Assembly (NCBI GenBank): GCA_041688145.1
Contig: JBDNIV010000017.1
Span: 13,446 to 77,445 of the forward strand
Reading direction: 5' to 3'
Origin: Chlamydiia bacterium
GTDB lineage: Bacteria > Chlamydiota > Chlamydiia > Chlamydiales > JAAKFQ01
DNA length: 64,000 nt
In this document: positions 1 to 9,362 of the stretch, piece by piece
How positions within the stretch are numbered: position 1 is the stretch's first letter
Layout: each line of letters opens with the position of its first letter
Translations under genes and position numbers: made by a program
The notes under the pieces: model-generated
Databases searched by the model: none
What the model saw: the letters and a program-made list of their open reading frames with translations, nothing else
What the model was told of the DNA's origin: nothing

Positions 1-483
1 CTTGAGCATTACCCAGCAATCAATAGCGGCTACAACTCTGAAAACAATACAATCATCCGTTTTAAAACTGTGGGCATTTGCATAGCTGTTCAAATAGACG
101 CTGGGCTCATTACGCCTATAGTGCAGCACGCAAACTTCAAGCGTATTGATCAAATCTCTCAAGAGATAAAGGCACTCGCTGCCAAGGCTAAAGAAGGGAC
201 TCTCAAGCCTGAAGAGTTTCAAGGTGGCTCTTTTACTATCTCGAACTTAGGCTCGTATGGAGTTACTCAATTTGGAGCTATTTTGAATCCCCCACAAGCT
301 GCTATTTTAGCCGTTGCTGGTATTGAAGAGGCCGCGATCATCAAAGATGGCAAGCCTGTAGCTGCTGAGCAGATGACACTCACCTTATCATGCGACCATA
401 GAGTTGTTGATGGTGCAGATGCTGCACAGTTTCTAAAAGCGCTTAAAGGCCTTTTAGAAAATCCAGCCGGTCTTATCCTTTAA
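1..483 (+). CDS. 2-oxoacid dehydrogenase E2 component (dihydrolipoamide acyltransferase), C-terminal catalytic domain. The 5' end lies outside the window.
   Basis: Frame 1 is open from nt 1 (LEHYPAINSGYN...). It contains FTISNLG and the catalytic DHRVVDG motif near the C-terminus. The TAA at 481-483 overlaps the next ATG. Confidence 0.85.
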   Translation, partial: LEHYPAINSGYNSENNTIIRFKTVGICIAVQIDAGLITPIVQHANFKRIDQISQEIKALAAKAKEGTLKPEEFQGGSFTISNLGSYGVTQFGAILNPPQAAILAVAGIEEAAIIKDGKPVAAEQMTLTLSCDHRVVDGADAAQFLKALKGLLENPAGLIL

Positions 484-1274
484 TGTCGACTTCATGGGAA
501 GATGGCGCTAAGTGGTATAGCGCTTTAGTGGGTAGCACAGGCCACTACTATCATGAGCATGTGATTTTACCCAAGCTTCAAGAAATCTTTGACAAGAGCT
601 CGGATATTTCTCTTCTAGATCTTGCTTGTGGCAATGCTGTAGCAACCTCTCTTCTTCCTAAAGGCTCAACTTACTTTGGTGTGGACGCTTCGAAAAGCCT
701 TATCGAGGATGCTCGTAAAAGGCTCAAAAATCTAAAAGGCAAAAACCTTGAACTCTGTTTTGAGTGCCATGACATCACAAAGCCATTTGAACTCACTAGT
801 AAAAGCATTGGGTCTATGAAGAACTCTTTTTCTCATGCACTTATTATGTTAGCTCTGCAAAACCTTGAGGATCCTCTTGGTGCTTTAGAAAATGCTAAAA
901 AATACCTAAAGCCAAATGGCAAGCTTATCTTAATTCTTAATCACCCCTGCTTTCGAATTCCCCGACAAAGTCACTGGGGCGTTGATCCTAAAAAAAATCT
1001 CCAATACCGGAGACTGGATAGCTACCTCTCTAATCAAGCGATACCCATTCAGATGAATCCCAGTAAACAACAGAGTAAAGAGCTTAAGGCATTCCACTAC
1101 CCTCTAGAAGCTATTTTTGGCTTTTTAAAAAAAGCAGGCTTTTGCACAGAAGATTTCCAAGAGTGGATCTCTGATAAAAAAAGTACAGGTGGGAGCGCAA
1201 AAAGAGAGAATAGAGCTCGCAAAGAGTTTCCTCTATTTTGCGCTATTGTAGCTCGATCAGACGCAAATTCATAA
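483..1274 (+). CDS. Class I SAM-dependent methyltransferase
   Basis: Glycine-rich SAM motif LLDLACGNAV, followed by YFGVD and KPNGKLILILNHP. The start is coupled to the upstream stop (TAATG). Confidence 0.7.
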   Translation: MSTSWEDGAKWYSALVGSTGHYYHEHVILPKLQEIFDKSSDISLLDLACGNAVATSLLPKGSTYFGVDASKSLIEDARKRLKNLKGKNLELCFECHDITKPFELTSKSIGSMKNSFSHALIMLALQNLEDPLGALENAKKYLKPNGKLILILNHPCFRIPRQSHWGVDPKKNLQYRRLDSYLSNQAIPIQMNPSKQQSKELKAFHYPLEAIFGFLKKAGFCTEDFQEWISDKKSTGGSAKRENRARKEFPLFCAIVARSDANS

Positions 1275-1358
1275 ATTTTTCTTTATCTCTTCATTGCGTG
1301 AAAAGCAGCCTTGCTAGACAATGGACCTAAAATTATTTCCTTTAGAGGAGGGATTATT

Positions 1359-2243
1359 ATGGTTGGATTATTATTCGCATATCCTAGACAAGCTATTTGG
1401 GAACAAATACGCCCGGCTGTTTTACAGGGCAATCAAATGCTTAATTCTTTGAACCTTCCTGTTGATCGTCTTTTGTATAGAGGAATAAAATCTGCATGTA
1501 AAAAAGAGGTTTTATCAGGCCTTTATATCCTTTTTTTACTTCGAGAAAAGCCCTCTGCTATAGCTTTAACGTTTGGGGCTGTATCAGTTTTTACAATCCG
1601 AGGGCTTTACGATAAGTTTACATCAAAAAAAGGTCCCCTTCAAGCTACCGCGGCAGATCTTATAGGAGATGGTAGGCAAAGTAGGCAGCTCCTAGGTAAG
1701 GCCCATTTTAAAACTTTTGTGAGCTGGTTTGATCCTTCTCAAAATATTTTAGACTATGAAATTGAATCTAAAACACAACAGAATGAAGACCTACGTGCTG
1801 AGGTAGGAGATGCTGATACAGAAGGCTTACAACAACATCTTATTAATGCTCAAAAGATAGCCGATGGAGAGCTTCTTGACGATGCTCATGTAAACCCTGT
1901 GAGGCTCGCGTCTGGTGTACCCAACTCAGCTGGCACTCCAGCTAGAGATAAGGCCCCTGAATGGAAAGAAGCTCTTGAAAGAAAAATTCATAGCAAAGAG
2001 GTTGAATCTCAAGCTTTAGAGGCTAAAATAGCTGCGCTTAGGCTTAAAAAAGATCCTAGCTTAAATACATGCCGCATTGAAGATATTGCTGTTGTAACAC
2101 TTGGTCTATGGGTTGCAAGTAAATTTCCCGTTGTGGGCTGGATAGTAGAAGCTGTTGCTGTAGTGGGATGTCTTGTTTTAGGTGGCCTTGGGGGAAGCTT
2201 GGCTTACCAATTTGCTATAGAACCAGATACAATAGAAGCCTAA
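1359..2243 (+). CDS. Hypothetical membrane/coiled-coil protein with bilobed hydrophobic segments (Inc-like candidate)
   Basis: The ORF track starts at TTG 1311, but ATG 1359 is preceded by AGGAGG at 1345-1350. There are hydrophobic pairs near the N-terminus (LSGLYILFLL..AIALTFGAVSVFTI) and near the C-terminus (VVTLGLWVASKFPVVGWIVEAVAVVGCLVLGGLGG), with a charged coiled-coil-like middle. Confidence 0.55.
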   Translation: MVGLLFAYPRQAIWEQIRPAVLQGNQMLNSLNLPVDRLLYRGIKSACKKEVLSGLYILFLLREKPSAIALTFGAVSVFTIRGLYDKFTSKKGPLQATAADLIGDGRQSRQLLGKAHFKTFVSWFDPSQNILDYEIESKTQQNEDLRAEVGDADTEGLQQHLINAQKIADGELLDDAHVNPVRLASGVPNSAGTPARDKAPEWKEALERKIHSKEVESQALEAKIAALRLKKDPSLNTCRIEDIAVVTLGLWVASKFPVVGWIVEAVAVVGCLVLGGLGGSLAYQFAIEPDTIEA

Positions 2244-2401
2244 GAAAGGCTATATCCTGCTCTGCTCTTCAGAGCTATGCTAAGCAAACAGAAATTACTA
2301 TTGAATGCCAACTTTCAGATGGAAGCAGGTCTGGCTCTCCAACAAATGTCTTCTTTTGACATTCATTTTAAAAATCTGTCTTTAATAAATATTGGAAAGG
2401 A

Positions 2402-2475
2402 TAGCGGCAGTCGGATTCGAACCAACGACACCCGGATTATGATTCCGGTGCTCTAACCAACTGAGCTATGCCGCC
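2402..2475 (-). tRNA. tRNA with anticodon CAU, elongator type (tRNA-Met, or tRNA-Ile2 if lysidine-modified; the sequence alone cannot decide)
   Basis: The reverse complement reads GGCGGCATAGCTCAGTTGGTTAGAGCACCGGAATCATAATCCGGGTGTCGTTGGTTCGAATCCGACTGCCGCTA. It folds as a cloverleaf: 7-bp acceptor stem, GCTC/GAGC D stem, CCGGA/TCCGG anticodon stem with loop ATCATAA, and a TTCGAAT T-loop. It lacks the three G-C pairs typical of initiators. Confidence 0.85.
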
Positions 2476-2490
2476 GTCGGCTAAAAAAAT

Positions 2491-2563
2491 TAGCGGGGAA
2501 AGGATTCGAACCTCCGACCTTTGGGTTATGAGCCCAACGAGCTGACCACTGCTCCACCCCGCG
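2491..2563 (-). tRNA. Initiator tRNA-fMet (CAU)
   Basis: The reverse complement reads CGCGGGGTGGAGCAGTGGTCAGCTCGTTGGGCTCATAACCCAAAGGTCGGAGGTTCGAATCCTTTCCCCGCTA. It closely resembles E. coli tRNA-fMet, with an unpaired C1 opposite position 72 and the GGG/CCC run closing the anticodon stem. Confidence 0.9.
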
Positions 2564-2599
2564 ATAGAAGATTAGCTTAGCGCATAAGAGACATTTAAC

Positions 2600-3940
2600 T
2601 CAAGGAGCAAGAGATACATTTGAAGAGATAAGAGCTTCTCTACTTGCAAAAGTTTTTTCCAAAATAGACTCTAGAGCTTTAAGAGTCGCTTCAGAGCTGC
2701 CTTGACACTCTTTAATAAGAGCTTCTCCCCTTTGCACTAAGGCTTTTCTTAGATTCGGGTCTGTCAAAAGAGCCTCTATATCTCTACCCAGCTCATCTGG
2801 CATAGATTCAATCCCAGCTTTAGCTCCAAGCGTTTTTTCTCGCATAGGTAATTGCGTATACATATGAGGACCAAAGACAAGAGCTGATCTTGCCAAAAGA
2901 GGCTCAAAGATATTGTGCCCCCCTATTTTAGAAGTGAAGCTACCTGCAACAATTGAGATGTCTGCAATAGTATACAAAGGGCATAAAAGGCCCATCTGAT
3001 CAACGAGTAATAAGCGAGCAGGCTTTAGAGGTTTATCTTTAGATAAATCTAGGTGACTATAGCGATCAGCTTTGTAGCTGGTTCGGCTTAGAAAATCAAA
3101 GACCCCATCCCACCTTTGGGGATGACGAGGCACAAAGATAAGATGAAGCGTCTTGTCTTTGTCTAAAAGCGGTTTTAGCTGATTGAAAATTAGCTCTTCT
3201 TCTGTGGGATGAGTTGAGCCAATGACAATAATCTTGTCGCTTTTTGTATAGCCAAGTTTTTCTCTAAGATCGCTTTTAGGATAAAAAGGCTCATCGTACT
3301 TGAGATTGCCAGTTACACTCACTTGAGATGAGCTTTTACCAAGCGCGCAAAACCGCTCTTTGTAAAGCTCAGACTGGCATGCAATATGATCGATGGGGGC
3401 AAGCAGCTTTTTTGAAAAAAAAGAGAACTTTTTAAACCTGGAAAAACTTTTTTCTGAAAGTTTAGCGCTCGCTAAAAAGATTGCAGATCCCCTTTTTTTA
3501 GCTTCTGATAAAAAATTCAGCCATAGATCCCCTTCTGAAAGGATAATAATATCAGGCTGAGCTACATCTAAAAGGCGGCGAACAGGTCCTTTGAAATCTA
3601 TGGGGAAAAAAGTGTACAGATTAGCATCTTTTAAAAAGTTTTTTGCAGCTGTATGGCCTGTTTGGGTGATAGAGGTAATAGTAAAAAAAGCATCTGGGTA
3701 TCTTGCTCTTAAACGATTATAAAGAGGCGCTATAGCTTTAGCTTCACCTACAGAAACGGCATGGATCAAAAAGCGAAGTGGCTTTTCACCAGCTTTTAAG
3801 CTTTTAGAACGCTCTATATCTTCTATTTTCGGCAAGTTACTATTAAACCTCACCCTCACATCGCACCATTTACCTTTGAAAAGGCGGGATATACTTGCAA
3901 AGGCGGCCCATAAGCCTAAAGCGCCTGTGTATAATATCAT
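2600..3940 (-). CDS. waaA: 3-deoxy-D-manno-octulosonic acid (Kdo) transferase
   Basis: HAVSVGEAKAIAPL and TSITQTGH match the N-terminal KdtA motifs. A glycosyltransferase-like C-terminal half follows. It sits next to leuS as gseA-leuS does in Chlamydia, with a 4-nt ATGA overlap with leuS. Confidence 0.85.
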   Translation of the reverse strand: MILYTGALGLWAAFASISRLFKGKWCDVRVRFNSNLPKIEDIERSKSLKAGEKPLRFLIHAVSVGEAKAIAPLYNRLRARYPDAFFTITSITQTGHTAAKNFLKDANLYTFFPIDFKGPVRRLLDVAQPDIIILSEGDLWLNFLSEAKKRGSAIFLASAKLSEKSFSRFKKFSFFSKKLLAPIDHIACQSELYKERFCALGKSSSQVSVTGNLKYDEPFYPKSDLREKLGYTKSDKIIVIGSTHPTEEELIFNQLKPLLDKDKTLHLIFVPRHPQRWDGVFDFLSRTSYKADRYSHLDLSKDKPLKPARLLLVDQMGLLCPLYTIADISIVAGSFTSKIGGHNIFEPLLARSALVFGPHMYTQLPMREKTLGAKAGIESMPDELGRDIEALLTDPNLRKALVQRGEALIKECQGSSEATLKALESILEKTFASREALISSNVSLAP

Positions 3941-6489
3941 CGCTTCACCACAAAGTTAATCAGCTTATTAGGCACAAATATCACTTTAATAATGCCAGGC
4001 TCAAGATACCCTTTTAGGCGCTCATCATTGGTTACGAGCTCAGTTAGATCTGCCTGATTGAGCCCTTTGACTTTGTCAAAAGTCGCTCTATGTTTGCCAT
4101 TCACCTGAACAACATAAGCTACATTTTCTTCTTCAACAGCTTTAGGGTCTATTTCTGGAAAGTCTGCTGTGTGAATATCATCAGTGAAGCCAAGGCGCTC
4201 CCATAGCTCACAAGCAATGTGAGGCGCAAAAGGATAAAGCGATTGAATTGCATAACGAATCGTCTTTTTTGGATAGATTACTAGAGGCTGCATGCTATTT
4301 AAAAATTCCATCATCTTAGCAATCGCTGTATTGAACTGAAGCCCTTTTATATCTTCCGTAACTCCTAAGACGAGCTTATAGCCAAGGCGCATGCCTTTTT
4401 TGATAGCGCACGCAGGGTCTTTCTCATCAGGCCGGGCTTCTTGGATTTTGTCGCTTGTGCATAGATCCCAAAAGCGGTTTAAAAAACGCCAAGAACCCAG
4501 TATTGCTTTAGTATCCCACAGTTTTTCCCGATCAAAAGGACTCATAAACATCTCATAAAGCCGCAAGCTATCTGCTCCAAACTCCTCGATAATCTCATCG
4601 GGGATAACTCCATTAAGCTTGGATTTACTCATCTTTTCAATCTGGCAAATAAGGGGCTCTTTTTCACCTGTGTCCCCTTTTTCAAAATACTGAGGATTTT
4701 TCTCATCGCCCTTTTTAATCACTTCTTCGAAATCGACGTAAGCGCCAGACTTTTTCTTGAAAGAGTTTGCAACAACAAGTCCTTGATTGCGCAAGCTTTG
4801 GAAAGGCTCTTTTGTAGAAACAAGACCGCAGTCATATAAAACCTTATGCCAAAAGCGAGCATATAAAAGGTGCAGGACTGCGTGTTCAGCGCCCCCTACA
4901 TAAAGATCGACGGGCATCCAGTATTTTTCAGCCTCTTCACTCCACGCAGCTTTTTCATTTTTGGGATCACAAAAGCGCAAGTAGTACCAGCATGAGCCTG
5001 CCCACTGGGGCATTGTGTTGGTTTCTCGCATCGCTTTTTTTCCTGTCTTAGGATCGATAAAATGGACCCATTCAGAAACTTTAGCTAAGGGGCTTTCTCC
5101 TGTCTCTTTAGGACTAAAGTCATCCATATGAGGCGGCATCAAAGGAAGCTCATCAAGACCTAAGGGCCTTTTTTCATCTTCTAGATGATACACAGGAATC
5201 GGCTCTCCCCAATATCTCTGTCTAGAAAAAAGCCAGTCCCTTAAGCGGTAGTTAACCTGCCGCTTGCCTAAGTTTTCTTTTTCTAAAAAGTCTGCAACTT
5301 TTTCTTTTGCCTTTTCAGTAGAGAGGCCATTTAAAGAGATTTTCTCATTTTTAGAATTTATAGTAGTGCCATGCATCTCAATATCATCTTCTGGCTTCAA
5401 GTCGACCACAGTTACAATCGGCAGATCGTATTTTTTGGCAAAGTCATAATCGCGATTACAATGCCCTGGCACGCCCATAACGGCTCCTGTACCTACATTC
5501 CAAAGGACATAATCCGCAACCCATACAGGAACTTTATTTCCCGTTACAGGGTCAATAGAATAAGCCCCTGTAAAAACGCCCGACTTATCTTTTGCGAGGT
5601 CTGTACGCATAAGATCACTTTTTTTAGCAGCCTCTTTTTTATACGCCTCAACAGCTGCTTTATGCTCTTTTGTTGTAATCGCATCTACAAGAGGGTGCTC
5701 TGGAGCTAAAACAAGATATGTCGTTCCAAAAAGAGTATCGTGCCTGGTTGTATAAATCGTAATCTTTTCCTGAGTTTTTTCTTCAGTAAAGTGCATCTGA
5801 ACGCCCGTTGATTTCCCAATCCAATGCGCTTGTGATTTTTTAATTTGCTCAGGCCAGTCAAGGTCATCAAGATCTTTTAAAAGCGCCTCTGCATAAGCTG
5901 TAATTTTTAGCATCCACTGACGAAGAGGTCTTCTTTCTACTGAATGGCCTCCAATAACGGTTTTGCCATCTTCAATCTCTTCGTTAGCAACGACTGTGCC
6001 AAGATCGGGGCAAAAGTTAACGAGCGCCTCTTCCTCGTAAGCTAAACCTTTTTCATAGAGCTTAGTAAAGATCCACTGGGTCCACTTGTAATAGTCAGGA
6101 CTGCTTGTAGCAAATTCCCGTGACCAGTCATAGCTAAAGCCTAAAGACTTCAGCTGCTGCCTGTAGGTATTAATGTTTTTTTCAGTAGTCTTTTGAGGAT
6201 GCACACCTGTTTTAATCGCGTACTGCTCTGCAGGAAGACCAAAGCTGTCCCATCCCATCGGATGGAGGACATTAAATCCTTTTTGACGATGAAATCGAGC
6301 AATGACGTCTGTTGCTGTATAGCCCGTGACATGGCCTACATGAAGGCCTGCTCCTGAAGGGTAGGGGAACATATCGAGAGCGTAATATTTGGGTTTAGAA
6401 GGGTCTATATCAGCCTTGTATGTCTCTTCTTCTTCCCACTTTTTTTGCCATTTTTTTTCAATCTGCCCTGGGCTATAACGATCCGTCAT
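3937..6489 (-). CDS. leuS: Leucyl-tRNA synthetase
   Basis: 850 aa. HIGH-type motif (PYPSGAGLHVGH) and KMSKS (EKMSKSKLN), with collinear LeuS-like sequence throughout. Confidence 0.97.
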   Translation of the reverse strand: MTDRYSPGQIEKKWQKKWEEEETYKADIDPSKPKYYALDMFPYPSGAGLHVGHVTGYTATDVIARFHRQKGFNVLHPMGWDSFGLPAEQYAIKTGVHPQKTTEKNINTYRQQLKSLGFSYDWSREFATSSPDYYKWTQWIFTKLYEKGLAYEEEALVNFCPDLGTVVANEEIEDGKTVIGGHSVERRPLRQWMLKITAYAEALLKDLDDLDWPEQIKKSQAHWIGKSTGVQMHFTEEKTQEKITIYTTRHDTLFGTTYLVLAPEHPLVDAITTKEHKAAVEAYKKEAAKKSDLMRTDLAKDKSGVFTGAYSIDPVTGNKVPVWVADYVLWNVGTGAVMGVPGHCNRDYDFAKKYDLPIVTVVDLKPEDDIEMHGTTINSKNEKISLNGLSTEKAKEKVADFLEKENLGKRQVNYRLRDWLFSRQRYWGEPIPVYHLEDEKRPLGLDELPLMPPHMDDFSPKETGESPLAKVSEWVHFIDPKTGKKAMRETNTMPQWAGSCWYYLRFCDPKNEKAAWSEEAEKYWMPVDLYVGGAEHAVLHLLYARFWHKVLYDCGLVSTKEPFQSLRNQGLVVANSFKKKSGAYVDFEEVIKKGDEKNPQYFEKGDTGEKEPLICQIEKMSKSKLNGVIPDEIIEEFGADSLRLYEMFMSPFDREKLWDTKAILGSWRFLNRFWDLCTSDKIQEARPDEKDPACAIKKGMRLGYKLVLGVTEDIKGLQFNTAIAKMMEFLNSMQPLVIYPKKTIRYAIQSLYPFAPHIACELWERLGFTDDIHTADFPEIDPKAVEEENVAYVVQVNGKHRATFDKVKGLNQADLTELVTNDERLKGYLEPGIIKVIFVPNKLINFVVKR

Positions 6490-6696
6490 CTTAAGAGTCT
6501 CACCTCAATATATTCTAAATAAGACGACCTTACCATTTTGATTGATTATAAGAAAATAAAAATCTTTTATCATAAACTTCTAATAACAATAGTTATAAAT
6601 AAACAAATTAACCTATAAAAAATATATTGTTGATATTAAACAAGGTTTTTTATATTCTTAGCCTTGTACGGACAATACAAAACAATTCTGGAGAAT

Positions 6697-8142
6697 ATGA
6701 CAGATATTCAAACCTCATCACAGCCAAGAAAGCTTAAGGTGTGTCTTACAGACTTTGACTCTAACAAAGACATTGAAGTCAGGTTGTTTTTGTCTCATCT
6801 CACTCCAAGGGATCTTGAAATTTTTGAAGAGATTCTTTTAGGCTCTGTCACAATTCCCATACACACACTGAGTGCAGATCTAGGTTTAAGCTTTATACAA
6901 ATGCGAGAAGCTCTAGAAAAACTCTCTGAAAGTCTTTTATTCACAATAAAAGATGACACTATTTATGTAGATAAAGAGCGCCGCAAATATTTTGAACTCA
7001 ACCTGCTGCGTTTTGAAGAGGGCTTTAAGCCTGATCTAGAATTTTTTAGGGGCCTGCTTCGCCATGTCCCCATACACGTTTTACCTATCTGGTATTTGCT
7101 CCCCCGCAATGTAAGCGACATTTTTGATGCGCTTGTTGAGAAGTATTTCATGACCCCTACTGTCTATGAGCGCCATCTTAAGACAGCTCCTTTTGAAAAT
7201 CCACTTCTCGCCGAAGTTGCAAAGAAACTGGAATCTTCTAACTCTAAATTAGATGCCCAGTCTCTTTGCGATGATTTCGGTTTAGATGCCCGCGGTCTCC
7301 AAGAGCTTGCCCTTCTTTCAGAGCTGAGCTTAGTCGCTTACCTCGCCTATGAGAAAAAAGGTGATAGCTTCACCCCTGTTTTTCTCCCTTTAAAAGAGTA
7401 CAGTGACTATCAAAAGTGCAAAGAGCGCTTTTCTCCAAGCACCTCTAATAAAGAAGCTCAAACTAAAGACATTTTTCAGATGCGCCCTATTGAGTTTGCT
7501 TTTGTAAAAGACATGTCTAAAATCTTAGAGCTTACAAAAACAGAGAGTCTAGAAGTCGATGATCACCAAAATCTTTCAGAAGAAAGCATTCAGATCATAA
7601 GTCGCTCTTTAGAAAAAATGCCCCCTCTCTCAAAAGACAACCTCAGTGAGCAAACCGCCTATTTTAAGCACCTACTTCACAATCTGCTTGCCCTTGATAT
7701 CCTTTCCATTAAAGATGGCCAGCTCATCAGCAGCTCAGCAGAACCCCGATGGATTGAGCTTTCTTTAGAAGATCAAGGCTTTTGTCTGCTTAGCCGATTT
7801 AGAGCAGAGCGCATTAAAAAATGTGCAAGCAACGAGAAAAGCGCACGCGAGGCTGAAAAAGCGATCAGCCAAGCTATTGATCATAACTGGATTTCTTTTG
7901 AAAACTTTATGAAAGGTGCTATTATCCCCTTTCGTCCAGAAATTGATGTCTGCATTACAAAAACAGGCAAGAGGTGGACCTTTGCGCTTCCGACTTATGA
8001 AGAAGAAGAGGTTGCGCTTATGAAAACCACCCTTTTTGAAGGCCTTTTTGAAGCAGGTATTGTTGAAATAGGCCTAGATATCAATGCTAAAGAGATGTGC
8101 TTCAAAGTCACTGCCTTTGGTGAAGCTATGTTTGGCAGTTAA
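6697..8142 (+). CDS. Hypothetical protein (about 480 aa), function unknown
   Basis: Long uninterrupted ORF with protein-like composition. I recognise no motif. The track start is TTG 6664. ATG 6697 with GGAG just upstream is preferred, but the start is uncertain. Confidence 0.6.
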   Translation: MTDIQTSSQPRKLKVCLTDFDSNKDIEVRLFLSHLTPRDLEIFEEILLGSVTIPIHTLSADLGLSFIQMREALEKLSESLLFTIKDDTIYVDKERRKYFELNLLRFEEGFKPDLEFFRGLLRHVPIHVLPIWYLLPRNVSDIFDALVEKYFMTPTVYERHLKTAPFENPLLAEVAKKLESSNSKLDAQSLCDDFGLDARGLQELALLSELSLVAYLAYEKKGDSFTPVFLPLKEYSDYQKCKERFSPSTSNKEAQTKDIFQMRPIEFAFVKDMSKILELTKTESLEVDDHQNLSEESIQIISRSLEKMPPLSKDNLSEQTAYFKHLLHNLLALDILSIKDGQLISSSAEPRWIELSLEDQGFCLLSRFRAERIKKCASNEKSAREAEKAISQAIDHNWISFENFMKGAIIPFRPEIDVCITKTGKRWTFALPTYEEEEVALMKTTLFEGLFEAGIVEIGLDINAKEMCFKVTAFGEAMFGS

Positions 8143-8190
8143 ATAAACCTTGAAAAAAGTAAATGGAGCTAAAAGCTCTTGCCCCCTCTT

Positions 8191-8640
8191 ATGAGTAAGC
8201 TAGCCTCAAATAAAAAAGCCCGCTTCAACTACGAAATCCTCGATACCTATGAAGCAGGCATTGTGCTCACAGGCACAGAAATCAAATCCCTAAGAGCCCA
8301 AAGTGCAAGTCTCGATCAAGCCTATGTCCGCTTAAAAAAAGGCGAGCTCTGGCTTATTAACGCAAGCATTGCTCCCTATGCTTTTGGCAATATCGCTAAT
8401 CATGAAGAGCGGCGTGAGCGCAAACTTCTCATGCACAAAAAAGAGATCCTAAAGCTCAAAGAATCCACCCAAGAAAAAGGCCTCGCCTTAGTTCCCCTCT
8501 CTATGTACCTCAAGAAAGGGTATGCAAAAATAGAGTTTGGATTAGCTCGTGGTAAAAAGCTCTACGACAAACGAGAGGCAATAAAAAAACGCCAAGAGAA
8601 AAAAGAGTCAGACCAGCTCACTAAGAAGTTTCGAGCTTAA
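8191..8640 (+). CDS. smpB: SsrA-binding protein SmpB
   Basis: NKKARFNYEILDTYEAGIVLTGTEIKSLR matches the SmpB N-terminus, and the C-terminal tail is basic. ATG 8191 is preferred over the track TTG 8179. Confidence 0.93.
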   Translation: MSKLASNKKARFNYEILDTYEAGIVLTGTEIKSLRAQSASLDQAYVRLKKGELWLINASIAPYAFGNIANHEERRERKLLMHKKEILKLKESTQEKGLALVPLSMYLKKGYAKIEFGLARGKKLYDKREAIKKRQEKKESDQLTKKFRA

Positions 8641-8683
8641 ATCAACAGATGTTATTTTAAATAACATACTTCTTATGTTTTTT

Positions 8684-9238
8684 TTACTTAGAAGCAAATC
8701 CTGAATATCCTAGACGATTTTGAATCTCTAGCCAGCGCTCTTCAAAAGCTTGCTTGTGCTCATCTTTAAAATGCTTTTCCCATTGGTTGATTGTACCTTT
8801 GCGGAAGGTGCATCCAACAACATTATCACCAAAAAGATCCTTGGAGATGCTCTCTACTTTTTCGCTAGTCATTTGAACACCTAATCTTTTAGCAATAGCC
8901 TCAATGGTTTTTTTCTGCAGCTCATCACCGCCTCCACCTTGCGAGCCTATTAGGTCTTCGTACTTTATAAAAAGAAATTGCGAGAACTCTTCACGATGAG
9001 CATGAATAAAATCAAATACATAGAGATTGATTTCTCCTGTCTCTGAGAAAGGATAATCTCCCTTAATCACCCTTAAAAGCTTTTCATCAAACGAACCCGA
9101 CTCAAACTCTTTTGCCAAGTCTTCGCGCTTCATATTTCTATAAACAGTCGGAAGATAGCTAACAGAAGATACAAAAACGTCTCGAAGGTCACGATAAGTA
9201 ACAATATAAACTTTTTTATCGCCAAAGGCCTTGTCTAT
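8684..9238 (-). pseudogene. 5'-truncated sulfotransferase-family gene remnant (Sulfotransfer_1-like)
   Basis: The C-terminal motif FRKGTINQWEKHF resembles the RKGxxGxWKxxF 3'-phosphate-binding motif. The frame stays open 35 codons upstream of the first ATG (9133) and encodes KKVYIVTYRDLRDVFVS, which resembles KxIYxxRNPxDxxVS. It is then closed by an in-frame TAG at 9239-9241, with no start codon and no PKSGTTW-type loop. Confidence 0.5.
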
Positions 9239-9362
9239 CTAAATATAAACATTTTACAAATATAACAATCGATTAAAAGCGATTAGACGAATAAAAACAC
9301 TTTAAATTATACAAATAATTTGTTAATATTATCATTAAATTAACTGAAAAAGGACTTTAATT

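Noticed and set aside
2402-2563. The tRNA pair as an integration hotspot or genomic island border
   Set aside because: There is no integrase, no direct repeat of a tRNA 3' end, and no compositional break nearby. The flanking genes (waaA-leuS) show conserved chlamydial synteny.
5264-6332. Track ORFs 5264..5449(+), 5371..5709(+) and 6150..6332(-) inside leuS
   Set aside because: They lie entirely within, or out of frame with, the strongly supported leuS CDS. Their composition is typical of an antisense or off-frame artifact.
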